DNA of 64,000 bases from Mobula hypostoma (GCF_963921235.1 NC_086097.1:136278001-136342000), one strand, 5' to 3'. Shown: positions 13,123 to 26,400, numbered from the stretch's first letter. The notes: a model not told the origin generated them from the letters alone. Numbers and translations are program-made.

Positions 13123-14869
13123 CAGCAACAGTAACAAAACAGGAGAAGGCAACAGCAGCAAAACAACCTTTTCACATTCCTCCCACCCATCCCCTCACAC
13201 ACCCAGACAGGCCTTTAACCCCAGGCCAGGGCTCCTCCGGGCCTCCAGTCTTTGCCCTGAATTTATAAGTTCTACTGTATATGTCCTGAGTAAAGTGTAT
13301 TATTGTGAGCGGGGTTGGAGGATCTGGTTCATTATAATTCATTGAGTTTGGTGGGGTATATTTTTTAGATTTGCCGGTAGCACCGTGAACTCTCTCTATA
13401 CTCACTGTCTAGGTAAAATAGCCAACAAATCAAAGACCCCAGCCCCCGAACATTCTCTCTTCTCCGCCCTCCCACTGGGCAGGAGATTCAAAAGCCTGAA
13501 AGCACATACCATCAGGTGCAAAGACAGCTTCTACCTTGCTGTTATAAGACAACTGAATGGGCCCCAAGTACAGTAAGATGCACTCTTGACCTCACAATGT
13601 TCCTCGTTATGGCCTTGCACTCTTTGTCTGACTGGACCGCACTTTGTCTGTAACTATAGTACTTGCACTTTGAATGCATGGATGTGAGGAGTTGATTGGT
13701 AGGGATGGCATGGCATGAGATACAAGATAGCCTGTAGATGCTGGAAATCTGGAGCCACACACAAAGACCCCGGAGGAACCCAGTGGATCAGAGAAGTGAA
13801 CAGTGTTGTCTGATCTGCTGAGGTCCCCCAGCTCGTTTATGCATTGCTCATTTTTCATTAGGGTTCCGTTGCCTTCGCTGCGCTGTTCCCGGTTCGCCAT
13901 GCTGCACGGTTGCGTGCAAAGGGGAGGAGTGAAGGAAATAGCAAACTTCGGACAAGCTGGGTCACTGCTTTTCAAAGAGTTGAGGAAGGGGGATTGCATC
14001 AGACAGAAGATACAAGAGCATAACATGTTACCACTAGGCCTATGGACATCAACTATCCCATGTAATCAGACTCTTGAATGGACATAAGATGGACCCTTGT
14101 CTGCTCAGTCTGGCTTGTCCTAGACGTTGCACCTTATTGGTTCTACATTGTTTTGTCACTGTTGTTCCTTCCATGCACTTCTGTTTAGAATGACTTGTCT
14201 GGATGGCATACAAACAAAATCTTCTCACTGTACCTCAGTACATGCTACAATAAACCTACTACCAATTACCAGCTTCTGTTTTCCACTCTGACAAAAAGCA
14301 TCATTTTATTCATTTTATTAAATTTCCTAGTAGATAGTATAAACATTTACAGCACAGGACTGATTCTTGATTTATTCAGATGTAATCCCTTTGTTTTAAG
14401 AATTTAGGGATTAAAAATGGATTGTTCACGGCACAGAATGTAATGTCATCACTGGGTAATCCCACAACGCATGCTATGAGTGTCCTGTTCCAGTAGCTCA
14501 ATTAACAAGTTAACATAGTCTCACCAAGGTAACATCTTCTGGGAACAACTAAGGAAACATTTTTGAACATTCAGCGAGGGAGTAGAGTTGTTAGGCTTCA
14601 TTAGAATCCAAACTACCAGTCTTAAATCATCTTATGACCATGTTGCAGAACTGCTCATTCACAAAATGATGAAAGGATTGTGCACTCAACACAGCCAGTA
14701 ACACTAACAAGTTGTATTTATAGAACACAGTAAAGTATCCCACAGTGCTTCATAGGAATGCTTTCAAGCAAAATATAATGAACATATGAAGATGAACTGG
14801 AGCAGCTGAGTGAGAGCCAAGCCTGGCTGGAAGATTTTGTGGAGATTTTTTCTTGACATTGAGAAAGAG

Positions 14870-15395
14870 AGTTTCAGAGCTGTACAGCATAGAATTAGAT
14901 TCTTCAGCCAATCACATCAATGCTAACTTTTCTCCCCCATTCCTTTTACCTGCATATATATACCTTATCTATTTCAGTGACTGTCTAAATGTCTGGTAGA
15001 CATAGTGATTGTCTCTGATTCATCACCTCCCCAGCAGTGAGTTCTAGATACCAACCAATCAAAATTCTTTCCCTTCAAATCCCTTTTATTGATCTATCCT
15101 TTCACCTTAAACCTATACTGTCTTGCTTTTGATACCCTTGCTGTGGGGTAAATTATTCTTACTATTTCTCCTGTTAAAATTCTGTGTAATTGTGTAAGGT
15201 TGCTCCTCAGTCCCCTTTGCTCCAGGATAAACGAGCCCAGTCCATTCTCCCTTTTTCATTTTCTCCCCATAACTAAAGTCCACCAATCCAGGCAGCACCC
15301 TGGTGAATCTCTTCTGCACTCTGTCCAGTGTCACCACTTTCTTCCTGTTGTCTGGTGACCAGAATTGCATGCAGTACACAGTGTGTGGTCTCAAG
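14870..15395 (-). mobile_element. Old CR1 3' fragment, host of the next CR1
   Basis: ORF 15113-15406 has YCMQFWSP...RVQKRFTR. The element appears to continue at about 16500-16550 and 16785-16850. Confidence 0.7.
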
Positions 15396-15397
15396 CA

Positions 15398-16492
15398 TAA
15401 GACCATAAGACATCACAGTAGAATTAGGCCATTTGGCCCGTCAAGTCTGCTCCACCTTTTAATCATGGCTGATCCTTCTTTTCCCTCCTCAGCCCCACTC
15501 CTCAGCCTTCCCCCTGTAACCTTTGATACCGTGTCCAATCAAGAACATATCAAGCTGTGCCTTAATACACCCAAAGACCTGGCCTGCACACTGCCTGTGG
15601 TAATAAATTCCACAAATTCAGCATCTTCTGGCTAAAGAAACTTCTCCGCATCTCTGTTTTAAATGGATGCCCCTCTATCCTGAGGCTGTGCTCTCTTTTC
15701 CTAGACTCCCTCACCATCCTTTCCACATCTACTCTGTCTAGGCCTTTCAGCATTTGAAAGGTTTCAATGCGATCCCCTGTCATCCTTCTAAATTTCAGCA
15801 AGTACAGACCTAGAGCCATCAAATATTCCTCATATGATAACCCTTTTGTTCCCAGAATTATCTTTGTAAACCTCTTCTGGATCCTCTCCAATGCCAGCAC
15901 ATCTTTTCTAAGATGAGGGGCCCAAAACTGTTCACAATACTGAAAGTAAGGCCTCACCAGTGCGTAATAAAGTCTCAGCATCACATCCTTGCTCTTGTAT
16001 TCTAGACCTCTTGAAATGAATACTCACATGGCATTTGCCTTCCTCACCACCAACTCAACCTACAAGTTAATCTTCAGGGTGTTCTGCACAAGGACTCCCA
16101 AGTCCCTCTGCATCTCAGATTCCTGGATTTTCTCCCCATTTAGAAAATAGTCCGCACATTTATTTCTACTACTGAAGTACACGACCATGCATTTTCCAAC
16201 ATTGTATTTCATTTGCCATTTTCTTGCTGATTCTCATAATCTGTCTAAGTCCTTCTGCAGCCTTCCTGTTTCCTCAACACGATCAACCCCTCCACCAATC
16301 TTTGCATCATCTGCAAACTTGGCCACAAAGCTATCTACTCCATCATCTAAATCATTGACATACAGTATAAAAAGAAGCAGTCCCACCACTGACCCCTGCG
16401 GAACACCACTAGTAACTGGCAGCCAACTGAAAAGGATTCTTTTGTTTTCACTTGCTGCCTCCTACCAATCAACCTATGCTCTAACCATGGCA
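15398..16492 (-). mobile_element. CR1 LINE, RT C-terminal half and 3' UTR
   Basis: ORF 15562-15984 has LYYALVRPYFQYCEQFWAP. The reverse strand also encodes VTSGVPQGS and KFADD. (tatggtct)n tail. Confidence 0.9.
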
Positions 16493-16551
16493 GTCTAATC
16501 AGTGGTTTGGAAATTTGGAACATAACACTCCAACTCTTATATTCTTATATT

Positions 16552-16784
16552 GGGTTGGGCACGTGGCCAAGTGGTTAAGGCATTTGTCTAGTGATCTGAA
16601 GGTCGCTAGTTTGAGCCTCAGCTGTGGCAGCGTGTTTGTGCTCTTGAGCAAGGCACTTAACCACACATTGCTCTAGTGTCTGTGTGAGGAGTGACGCCCC
16701 ACACAGACTTCCAATCTGCACCTTGTAAGGCATGAAAATGCCCGATGCAGGCCTCTCATGGTCTGAGTCGACGTTCCCTCCCTC
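16552..16784 (+). mobile_element. tRNA-derived SINE with a CORE-like motif
   Basis: A box TGGCCAAGTGG, B-box-like GTTTGAGCC, motif CTTGAGCAAGGCACTTAACC. Flanked by the CTTATATT direct repeat (16544-16551 and 16785-16792). Confidence 0.8.
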
Positions 16785-17379
16785 CTTATATTCTAAGCCC
16801 CAACCTATGAAGGTAAATGTACCATAAAACTATTTTACCACTTATTACAGCAACTGAGATCATAAAGCTAGCATATTTAAACCTGGCAGTGCTGAAGCAT
16901 TAAATGAGGGCAGAGATCTTCGAAGGTTGTAGGTGGGTTGAAAACAACTGCAGAGAAGCAGCGTTGTGACTTCGAATGAGCTACATAAATGTTAAGTATG
17001 ACTTTATTCAGCTGAAGCAGTTGTTCAGGATGATATCTGGTAGAAAAATCTCTTGGGAGAGTCTCTCTGAACCTAGGGTACAATGAGTTTATACTCTTAA
17101 AGCATAAAAGTAGCAGCACATGATTAAATAGAGTTTCAGTTTCATTGATGCACTACAGAAAGCATCCTATCTGAATGCACAAGTGCTTGGTATGGCAACT
17201 GCAAGAAGCTGCAGAGAGTTGTAAACACACTCGGCACAACGCTTCCATGGACTCTGTCTGCTTTTCTCAAAGCAGTCACCATCAGACATACGCCTGAAAG
17301 CGTATACCACTAGGATCAAGGGCAGCTTCTATCCTATAGTTACAAGACTATTGAATGGACTTACTTATGTATTGAGATG

Positions 17380-17635
17380 CAGCCCGGAACAGGTCCTTCC
17401 AGCTCTTCAAGCTGCACCACTGAGCAAGCCCCCAATTTAATCCTAGCCTAATTACAGTGACCAATTAACCTAGCAACCGGTATGCCTTTGGACTGTGGGA
17501 GGAAACCGGAGCACCCAGAGGAAACCCACATGGTCGTGGGGAGAACATACAAACTTCTTACAGACAGTAGCAGAACTGAACCTATGTTGCTGGCGCTGTA
17601 ATTGCATTTTGCTAGTCACTACACTACCTTGCCAC
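17380..17635 (-). mobile_element. V-SINE (HE1-like)
   Basis: tttggactgtgggaggaaaccggagcacccagaggaaaccca is the reverse complement of the V-domain. Confidence 0.8.
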
Positions 17636-17789
17636 CCGAGTAAGGAGAGAAGAAAAAAAAGGTTTCAAGGAGAACCAGGGTAAAACTAGAAATGTCTTAT
17701 TTTCATCTATGTTGTTGTCTTGCCGTATATATTGTAGTTAAAATTAGTTGCCATTGCTTACAAATTGTGAAAATAACAGGAATTAGGAG

Positions 17790-18472
17790 GAGGAGGAGAA
17801 GATGGCGGTGCGACGCAGCACGTGCGGCCTCTCCGGTGAATGATATCTGTTATCTGTCAAGTAGGGGACCGTGCACAATTCTGCTTTGATGGAGACGGAT
17901 GTGAGAGTACGGAGGAACATCTGGAGAAACTTCTGAAATGCCCGCTTCGCTGCCGCTGTTACTGTGTGGTAAGCAGAATCTCCGGAGCAGAAGGCCCCGA
18001 ATCCTCAGCTTTGCTTGTTTCAGCGGCCGGGGCAAGGTCGAAGGTGCTCAGCAGAGGATGGCGCTCGGGAGGCTGTATTGGAGGGGCTGGTCGGAGGCTC
18101 GAAGTTTTCGGATGGACGGACTTGGTGTCGGCTGTGGTCGGGTGCTTCCAATGCATTGGCAGTTGTCAGTGCCTTGGAGGTTTATGGCAGGGAGTTTCTC
18201 CCTTTTGCTGCCTGCTATCGGGGACTCAGGAGTCGGTCGGGACTTGAGACTTTTTCTTACCTTGCCCATGGTCTGTTCTTTATCAAATTATAGTATTGTT
18301 TTGCACTTCTGTAACTATATGTTATAGTTATGTGGTTCTGTCAGCGTTAGTCTTTGGTTTGTCCTGTTTTCTGTGATATCACTCTGGAGGAACATTTGTA
18401 TCATTTCTTAATGCATGTATGCATTTCTAAATGACAATAAAAGAGAACTGAGTGTTCTCATAATCTAATCTA
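17790..18472 (+). mobile_element. About 680-bp non-autonomous retroposon (GGAGAAGATGGCG head, TAATC tail), copy 1
   Basis: Similar along its length to the reverse complements of 42581-43263 and 51783-52405. GC-rich body, (TAATC)n tail, no tRNA head. Confidence 0.85.
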
Positions 18473-18904
18473 AAAAAAATTCGGAAAATCTTCTCAAATG
18501 AGATGTGCTCCCTTTGCAACTATGTAATTCCACTTGCCAACACGAAAAATTATTGAAGTAAACTCTGCAAATTTGACTACTTTCTAAATTGCTAAACTGG
18601 TTTATTTTCATGTACCAAGGTACAGTGAAAAACTTTGTTTTGCAAGCCATCCATGCAGGTCAAATCATTACGCAGTATGTTGAGGTAGTACAAAGGAAAA
18701 CAATAACAGAATGCAGAATCAAGTGTAACAATTCCAGAGGAAGCACAGTGCAGGCAGACAATGAGGTGCAAAGCCATAGCCAGGTAGAGTGTGTCTTGTC
18801 TCAGGAAGAGGGAAGTTTAAATGACACTTGGACAACGAGAGAAGATTATTAACACAGGCAATTGGAAAGATTGAGAAGTGCTGTTTTTGAAGTTTCGGGA
18901 TATG

Positions 18905-19087
18905 AAGGAAGACTGATAGGATATGGAGGAAGAATGAAAGAGAGAGAAAGACAGGAGGACAAAGAGGCAGTGATAGAAAAAGACAGACAGACATAGAGAT
19001 AGAGAAAGATTCAGATACAGGCAGATGGAGAGACCGAGACAATGGTATACGGGGGAACAGAGAGAGACAGGGAGAGAGAGAGAGAGC
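18905..19087. repeat. AG-rich low-complexity tract / degenerate microsatellite
   Basis: Runs of gagagaga and gacagaca. Confidence 0.7.
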
Positions 19088-20924
19088 ATCTATTTCCACT
19101 GGTCAGGAGTTGCAGATCAGGTAAGGTCTCATTAACTGACAGAGAGGCTGAATGGCTTCTTCCTGTTCCTCCATCAAGGAGTTTTTCATTTTGGGTTTGT
19201 GTTGAAGATGTCAATACCTTGACTCTCCTGCTTCCTGTGATGTAAGGGATCAATTCCTTTCTCCCACCCTGTTACGTCTTCGTTTCCTGGGCATCTAGTG
19301 TGACACGATACCGAAGCTGGGATTGTCTGGAACTGGAATTGGAACTGGTTTATTATGTCACATGTACTGACATACAGTAAAAGGTTTGCTGTACATACTG
19401 TCTGCCACCTTCCACGGCCAGACAAGGTTCTGTGAATACCACTCATGGCTTGGATTTCGAAACAGTGTGGGCGCAAGTCCCACTCTGTAACTCGAGCATC
19501 TAACTTTAAGTTAGCGTTGTCAATATATTGCAGAGAGAGGGTGGCTCTGTGGCACATTATAGTTGAAACATTAAACTAAGACCCCACATATCCACATAGT
19601 ATGGAGTCAAGTAGTTCATAATAGGACAGTTCTCCTTTGTCTTCTGGGCAAATTATGCAGACTTCACTAAAACAAAGCAAAGTAACTACCTTGTCGCTGT
19701 TTTCAGGAGGTTGCTGTACATAAACTGCCCATGCTTTACTGAGTGTTTTGGAATATCCAATGTTTACCTGTCTGAAACTTTGCAGAAGACGTCAGTGTTT
19801 AAACTGTCCACCATCCATGATTCCAGGTTGCCTGCCTTACCTCTGGAGAATCTGACACAGTCTCCGGCTGTCACGTTCCTCCATTGTTCTCCACAGTCCA
19901 TGTGTCAGGCTGAGCAGCTGGAGATCGGTTCTCTTCCTGTAATGATGCAACGATTGCTGGCAGAACAAAGAAGCGCTTCTTTCAAGCGAAGGGCATGGCT
20001 GGGAGAAATAAACCCCGCATTTTGAGATGGTGTGCTGTCAGTAGACGTACTTCATCCCACAAATATGCCCCTTTCTACAGCTCTCTTGTGCAGCGTTAGA
20101 CCAGAAATCAGGCTCCTGATTTTCTGCTTTATAAGCCTCCAGTATTCCATCCCAGCTCTGGTCAGGCCCAGATGTGGAGGGTGGACCTCACTAACGCTTC
20201 TCTCTACCTACTTTTGCTTTTATACACAGTCTGCTTTGCTTGCAGAAGCGGTGATACCCAGAGTCCAAGAAGTGGATGGATTGCCAGTCAGCAGGAGCAG
20301 CTAGTACAGTGGTTACGTTACCAGAAGCTTAAACTATAGGCATGTGTTCAAATCCTGCAGCAGCAGTGGAATTTAAATAAATCAGTAATACCCATGGAAT
20401 TAGTGGACTGTCACCAAGCCTGCATCTGCTTTTCCAATGAACACAGGAAAACAGGAGCATGAGGAGGCTGCCCATCTCCTCAAGGCTACCCACCATTCAT
20501 TGAGTTAGACAGCATTCCCTGTGACCTACTCTCCTTCACACACGCCTGCTGGCGGGTTAGCAAGAGTGTTTCATGGTTGGGGAGGTCAGTGAGGCATGGC
20601 TGAGGAACAAAGTGGAGGAGGGAGCTCCAGCATTTCAGGTTCCAAATACTAAGATGAGAACCAGAGGTGTGCTGGTGGTTTATCTTCCCCACTGTCTTGC
20701 CCAAAATTGTCCAATAAACATGTCGAATATACAGTACTGTACTGATAAGCTTGTCCTTGTTTTTGTGGGAGCTTGTTGTGCACGTTGCTTCCTACATCAG
20801 TGTCCCATTCCGATTTGATTTTATTTGCATTCATTATCCCTTGGCTTCCTTCTCCTCCATTGGAACGTCAGGTGGAATTCCCTAAGAGAGAACGGCCAGT
20901 TGCTTCTAAAGACGGAGAAGTCTG

Positions 20925-21255
20925 GGAAATTACGAGGGGTATAGATAGAGCAAATGCAAGCAGGTGTTTTCCACTGAGGTTGGGTGAGAGTAGAGCTGGA
21001 GGTCAATAGTTAAGGGTGAAAGGTGAAATATTTAAGCAGAACTTCTTCACTCAGAGGATGGAGCGAGTGTAGAACAGGCTGCCATCAGCAGAATGGTGGG
21101 TGTGGGTTCAATTGCAACATTTAATAGAAGTTTGGATAAGTACCCGAATGGAAGGAGAATGGAGGGCTTTGGTCCAGGTGAGGGTCGATGGGACTGGGCA
21201 GAATTACTCTTTGGCATAGACTAGCTGAGTTGATGTTTTGTAGTGCTCTATGACT
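20925..21255 (+). mobile_element. Degraded CR1 3' fragment
   Basis: ITRGIDRANASRCFPLRLGESRAGG, then aacttcttcactcagagg. Confidence 0.75.
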
Positions 21256-22982
21256 CAGAGTGATCTGAAAAGTCAATCGAATTTACCGTCATGCATCATG
21301 TACAAGTATGCTGAGTTACAGATACAATGAAAATGTTACTTGCAACAGCATCATGGCACACAGGTAAGGACAACAAACGGAATATTAATAACACATAAAT
21401 ATTACACTATACACTAAGCAAAAGACTGAGCAAGAGGAAGATCTTAGTGCAATAAAACAATGCAACATCACAGACAAGTCCATGGTCAGGCGAAGATGAT
21501 TAGTAATATTCTGTTGCTGAGATGGGGTTAGGACTGTTCAGGCCGGTTTAAGAACCTGAAAGCTGTGAAACTCAAGTTCATTCTCATGCACGATGACATG
21601 TTTGCACAAGTGCAATGAAACACCTCCAGCAACAACACAGGCACATGGAATCGTATAAGCAGCATTCACAAGAAAAACATTAGTAATACACAATTTCTTA
21701 CAACAAAACACAATTAGAGCAATGAAGTCCATTTTAGTGCAAAATGTTCATAGCATTACTAAAACGTGGTGATTAGGACTCTGCTGGTCGGTTCAAGAGC
21801 TGAATGGTTGAAGGAAAGCAGCGGTTCTTGAAACTGGTTGTGTGGGATTGGATCTGCAAAGGCCTGACTGGGAACAGAGTGATTGGCTGCAGTGTGTGGT
21901 AAGCTCCCAGTAGACCAGCCTTGCTGGAAGCTACCCAGTTCAAGCTCTGCTTCTGCACCCTCTCAGCAACACAGAAGGGCACTGTAGAGTCTCCAGCCTG
22001 AATGAAAGGGTCTGGCACAGCTGGGCTCTCCACTGGTTGGGTTAAATGTGTCGGTGTTCTGGTCTGACCTCATTCCGGAATCAAAGCACAACTGCTGCCA
22101 GGTCACTGTGTCTCTGTGAGGATGGCAACTGTACATGGAACCAGTTGAGTTGCCAGGGTTTAACTTCTTTCTCACACAAAGACTCTGATCTCTCCAACCC
22201 TTGTAACTTCACAATTCATTGGAGGTACTTTTATGTGTTTTTTAGAAACTGAACTCATGGCTCATGAGGCTGACATTTATTACCTATCTCTAATTGTCCC
22301 CTTAAGAAGAAGGCAGTGAGCTCTATGTCTCGTTGGACCTTCTCACAGGTGGTTAAACGTCGTCCACCTTGATGGGCCTGGAGTTCCAAGTTGGCCGGGA
22401 GGTGGGGAGGGTGTGGTGGGGGGGAAGGAGATCAGCTGATTCAATTTCCTGAAGAAACTGAACGAACAGCTGGGTTTTGATAAAACTCCGATAGTTTCAT
22501 GGTCCTGTCACGGAGGCTTTGCTTTTACGATCCAAATGTTTTAATTAGCTTAAATTTAAATTCCACAGCTACCATGGTGGGATTTAAGTTCATGCCTCAT
22601 GCCTTCCTCGTAACTGAAACCTCATTATGCTGCCAATAGAGCTGTCCCAAACTCACAGCACAGAGTAGACCAGTCTGACCCACCCCTCCATGCCTTTGCT
22701 TCTGCCCCTCATACTCTTCCTCCTACCATCTCCACCGCCCCATCACTGTCTCCGCCCCCTCTCCCTCCTGTGGGCTTTTTGTTCCTTTCAATCCCCACTG
22801 CTCACCTCAAGCCTTCACTGTGGGAGAGAGCTTTACATTCCCCTCCCCTTCTCACCACCGCACCCCCCCTCACCCCATACTCTGAGAGAGAAGACTGTTC
22901 CAAACTTCCCTTTAGAGATCGTCTTACATTTATAATCCCTGGCTCCAGATTTCCCACATCTGGTAACTTCCTCATGCTTTAG

Positions 22983-23310
22983 GGCAGCACCGTGGCACTG
23001 CATCACAGCTCCGAATCCTCATTTTAGGTTCTGTCTGAGTGGTGTTTGCATGTTCTCCTTATGGGCGTGTAGCTTTGCCCCAGGTGCTCCAGTTTCCTCC
23101 CTCATCCCAAAAGCATGCAGGTTGGGAGATTAATTGGCCATTGTAAATTGCCCCTGATGTATAGGTGAGTGGAAGAATCTGGGGGGGGGGGTAGTTAATG
23201 GGAATATGGGAAATAATGTGTCACAGGGAAATAAGTGGGGAAGGGGACTGGTGGAATTGCTCAGACCTGGCACTGATGGGCTGAAAGGCCTCCTGTGTCC
23301 TGGGAAAATA
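22983..23310 (+). mobile_element. Degraded V-SINE
   Basis: tttgcatgttctcc...caggtgctccagtttcctccctcatcccaaaagcatgcagg. Confidence 0.75.
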
Positions 23311-24590
23311 TGAAAGATTTATAAAATAAGATGTTAAAATACCTTGCACAGTTCTGGTCACCAACTCACAACACACAAAGCTGAGGAGCTAATGAGATCA
23401 CAATCTTTGTGTCTCTGCCAACTCTGGAATGTTGCTGGCAAAATGCCATGCAATAAATTATCCATTAGTTACATCTGGCAAATTTAATCCTGATGTAGGA
23501 AATGCTAATTTTGACTTGCTCTACAGAACACAAGAATATAAGAACAGGAGAAGGCCACTCAACCCGTCAAACCTGCCTCATCACCCAAGGTGATCTATAC
23601 TGGTCTCAACTCCTCTCTGGGCTGCGTGGCTGAATATTGGGAAGAGCAATACAATTATACAGCACAGTAACAGCCCCTTCAGCCCGACTCATGCATGCTA
23701 GCCAAAAGAGATGGGCGTGACCAGATTGAATGGTCATAAATGCCTGATGACATTAATATATTTAAGTAGGATCTCAGGGGAAACTCCCTGGAAATTAGTT
23801 AATGCATCTCAGCTGTGATCCCAGCCCATGCCTACCATTTTCAGCTGGCATGCTCATTCAGATACAATTTGTATCTTTGTGCCAAAAGAGGATGCCTGTG
23901 ACAATCAGAACCAAGTCCTTAATCTGGGTAGAGAACCAACCACAATTCCTCTCCCAGTAATGAGCCCTGGAATGTGGATCTCCTTTCTGGCTTGTCCCAG
24001 GAGGAGCGACGTTCAGGTGAGGAGCACCCATTTGTAGATGTTCTCACAGCTGGACCTGAGAAGCAGGTCGAGCAGGGAGTCTTGCCCAGATCTAATTGCT
24101 CACACTGTCTCCTCTGTCACAGGGGCCAAGGGCAGACTCAGCGAAAAACACCACTATAAAAGCAGGAAACAACAGCGATGCTCAGCAGGTCAGCAGCTGA
24201 GAGAGAAACAGCTCTTCAGAGCCTCAGAACCCCCAGCGATTTTATTTCCCATCTCAAGCATCTACAGATAATTGCTTTGCTCAAAAATATTGTTTGTCAG
24301 GGTAGCCACACAAATAAATGCTGTTGTTTTACCAAAGGTCTACAGCCTAAAATGATAGCCCTGTCCTGCTGAGCTTCTCCAGCATTATCTTTCCTTATTT
24401 TGTCAAATTCAAGTTCAAGTTTATTGTCATGGGCAGCCATACAAAGAGGGTATAAATGCCATAAAAATTAGCTTTTTACAGCGGCATTAAAAACATGACA
24501 AACATAAGATAACATAAACTTAAATTAACGCATCACACACAAAATGCTGGTGAATGCAGCAGGCCAGGCAGCATCTATAGGAAGAGGTAC

Positions 24591-24626
24591 AGTCGACGTT
24601 TCAGGCCAAGACCCTTCATCAGGACT
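24591..24626 (-). ncRNA. Minimal type-I hammerhead ribozyme motif in a Penelope-derived short insert (24533-24626)
   Basis: The minus strand reads AGTC-CTGATGA-AGG-gtcttgg-CCT-GAAA-CGTC-GACT: intact core, stem I AGTC/GACT, stem II, and a palindromic ACGT stem III with a GUC site. Confidence 0.7.
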
Positions 24627-24889
24627 TAACACAATTTATACACAAATTAACACAAGTTATACACAATTTAAACATGCATAAATAAATAACAAGGTCGTGC
24701 AAAATTGCTAGAGAAAGAAATATAGCCTGAGACAATGTTAGGGTTTCTCCAATTTGTTCGAGAATCTGATGGCTGTGTGGAAGAAGGTGTTGTTGAACGT
24801 GGAGGTGAGGGCATTCAGGCTGCTGTACCTCCTGCTTTATGACAGCATCAAGAAGACGGTATGACCCAGACGGTGGGCGGGTCCCTGAT

Positions 24890-25143
24890 GGACGTTGCCA
24901 CGAGATGCAACACAGAGCGTCATAGGAAGTCATTCCTGCCTGTGGCCATCAAACTTTACAACTCCTCCCTTGGAGGGTCAGACACCCTGAGCCAATAGGC
25001 TGGTCCTGGACTTATTTCCTGGCATAATTTACATATTACTATTTAACTATTTATGGTTTTATTACTATTTATTATTTATGGTGCAACTGTAACGAAAACC
25101 AATTTCCCCCAGGATCAATAAAGTATGACTATGACTATGACTA
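24890..25143 (+). mobile_element. Rex1/Babar LINE, extreme 3' end
   Basis: Encodes RCNTERHRKSFLPVAIKLYNSS. AATAAA followed by a (TATGAC)n tail. Confidence 0.75.
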
Positions 25144-25169
25144 AGACGTCACCTCTTGTAGATGTCCTT

Positions 25170-26400
25170 GAATGTGGGGAAAAGGCATAACATGTTTTCG
25201 TGACTTATTTCTGGATAACTGTTTTATGTCTTTTGAGCAGTTATCTAAGAAATTTGATTTGCCTAGATCCCATTTTTTTAGATACTTACAAATAAGAAAT
25301 TTTTTAAATACTACGTTGCCTGCCTTTCCGACTTCATATCCTACTGATATCATTGATAAAATGTTAGGCTTAAATCCTTTTCAGAAGGGATTAATAGCAG
25401 TTATCTATGATATAATTATGAAATTACAGCCAGGTATATCTGATAAAATTAAAAATGAATGGGAAAGGGAACTTCAACTTTGTCTACCTATAGAGAAATG
25501 GGATAAAATTTTTCAATTAGTTAGTACTTCTATATGTGCTAAACATACATTAATACAATTTAAAGTAGTGCATAGAGCCTATATGTCTAAAGATAAATTA
25601 GCCCATTTTTATCCCCATATAAACCCTATTTGTGATAGATGTCACTCTGAGGTGGCTTCTTTAACTCATAAGCTTTGGTCCTATCCTCTTTTGGAAAAAT
25701 ATTGGAAAGATATTTTTGATATTATCTCAACAGTTCTATGTTTTGATTTACAACCCCATCCTATTACAGGCAATTTTTGGATTGCCAATGGTAGAACATA
25801 GATCTTTGCCTTCTTCAGCCTGTTGGATGATAGCATTTGTTACCGTAATGACCAGAAGATCTATTTTATTGAACTGGAAGGAAACCAATCCTCCTACTAC
25901 ATTCCAGTGGTTTTCACAAACTATATTAAGTTTAAATTTAGAAAAAATTAGAAGTGATATTTTTGATCCTTTGGTTAAATTGGAAGAAACTTGGAAACCT
26001 TTCATGCAACATTTTCATATGATGTAATTTGACCTTTCCGAATCTTCTTTATTAACTTAAAATATACAAATAGAGGAGCGGAGTTGACAACATTACTGAA
26101 CGTGTCTGGTTCAAGATATTGATCTAGCCCTGTTTTGTTCTGTTTGCTTTTTTTTGGCGTTTAGTATTTAGTTTTTTTTTTCTTTTGGGGTTTTTCTTTG
26201 TTTATATATATATTTTTTTCTTTTTATTTCTTTTTTCTCTTTATGACTAATTTCATTATGAGTTTGGAAGTCTATTATACCTATGTTACTTAAAATCTTT
26301 TTTGTATATGTTTATTAAGATTATTCCAATCTCTTTGTATCAACATTGTTACTGTGTTTATAATTCTGAAAATTAATCAAAAGATTTAAAAAGAAAGAAA
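25170..26400 (+). mobile_element. L1/Tx1-clade LINE, 5'-truncated
   Basis: ORFs 25172-25801 (FFRYLQIR, QFKVVHR, CDRC) and 25716-26027. A-rich tail at 26400. Homologous to 5060-6730. Confidence 0.9.

Noticed and set aside
16555..16630. Functional tRNA gene
   Set aside because: The B box is imperfect and the sequence continues into a SINE body with a TSD.
22397..22428. G-quadruplex-capable tract
   Set aside because: The G-runs are real, but the tract is isolated with no promoter or other functional context.
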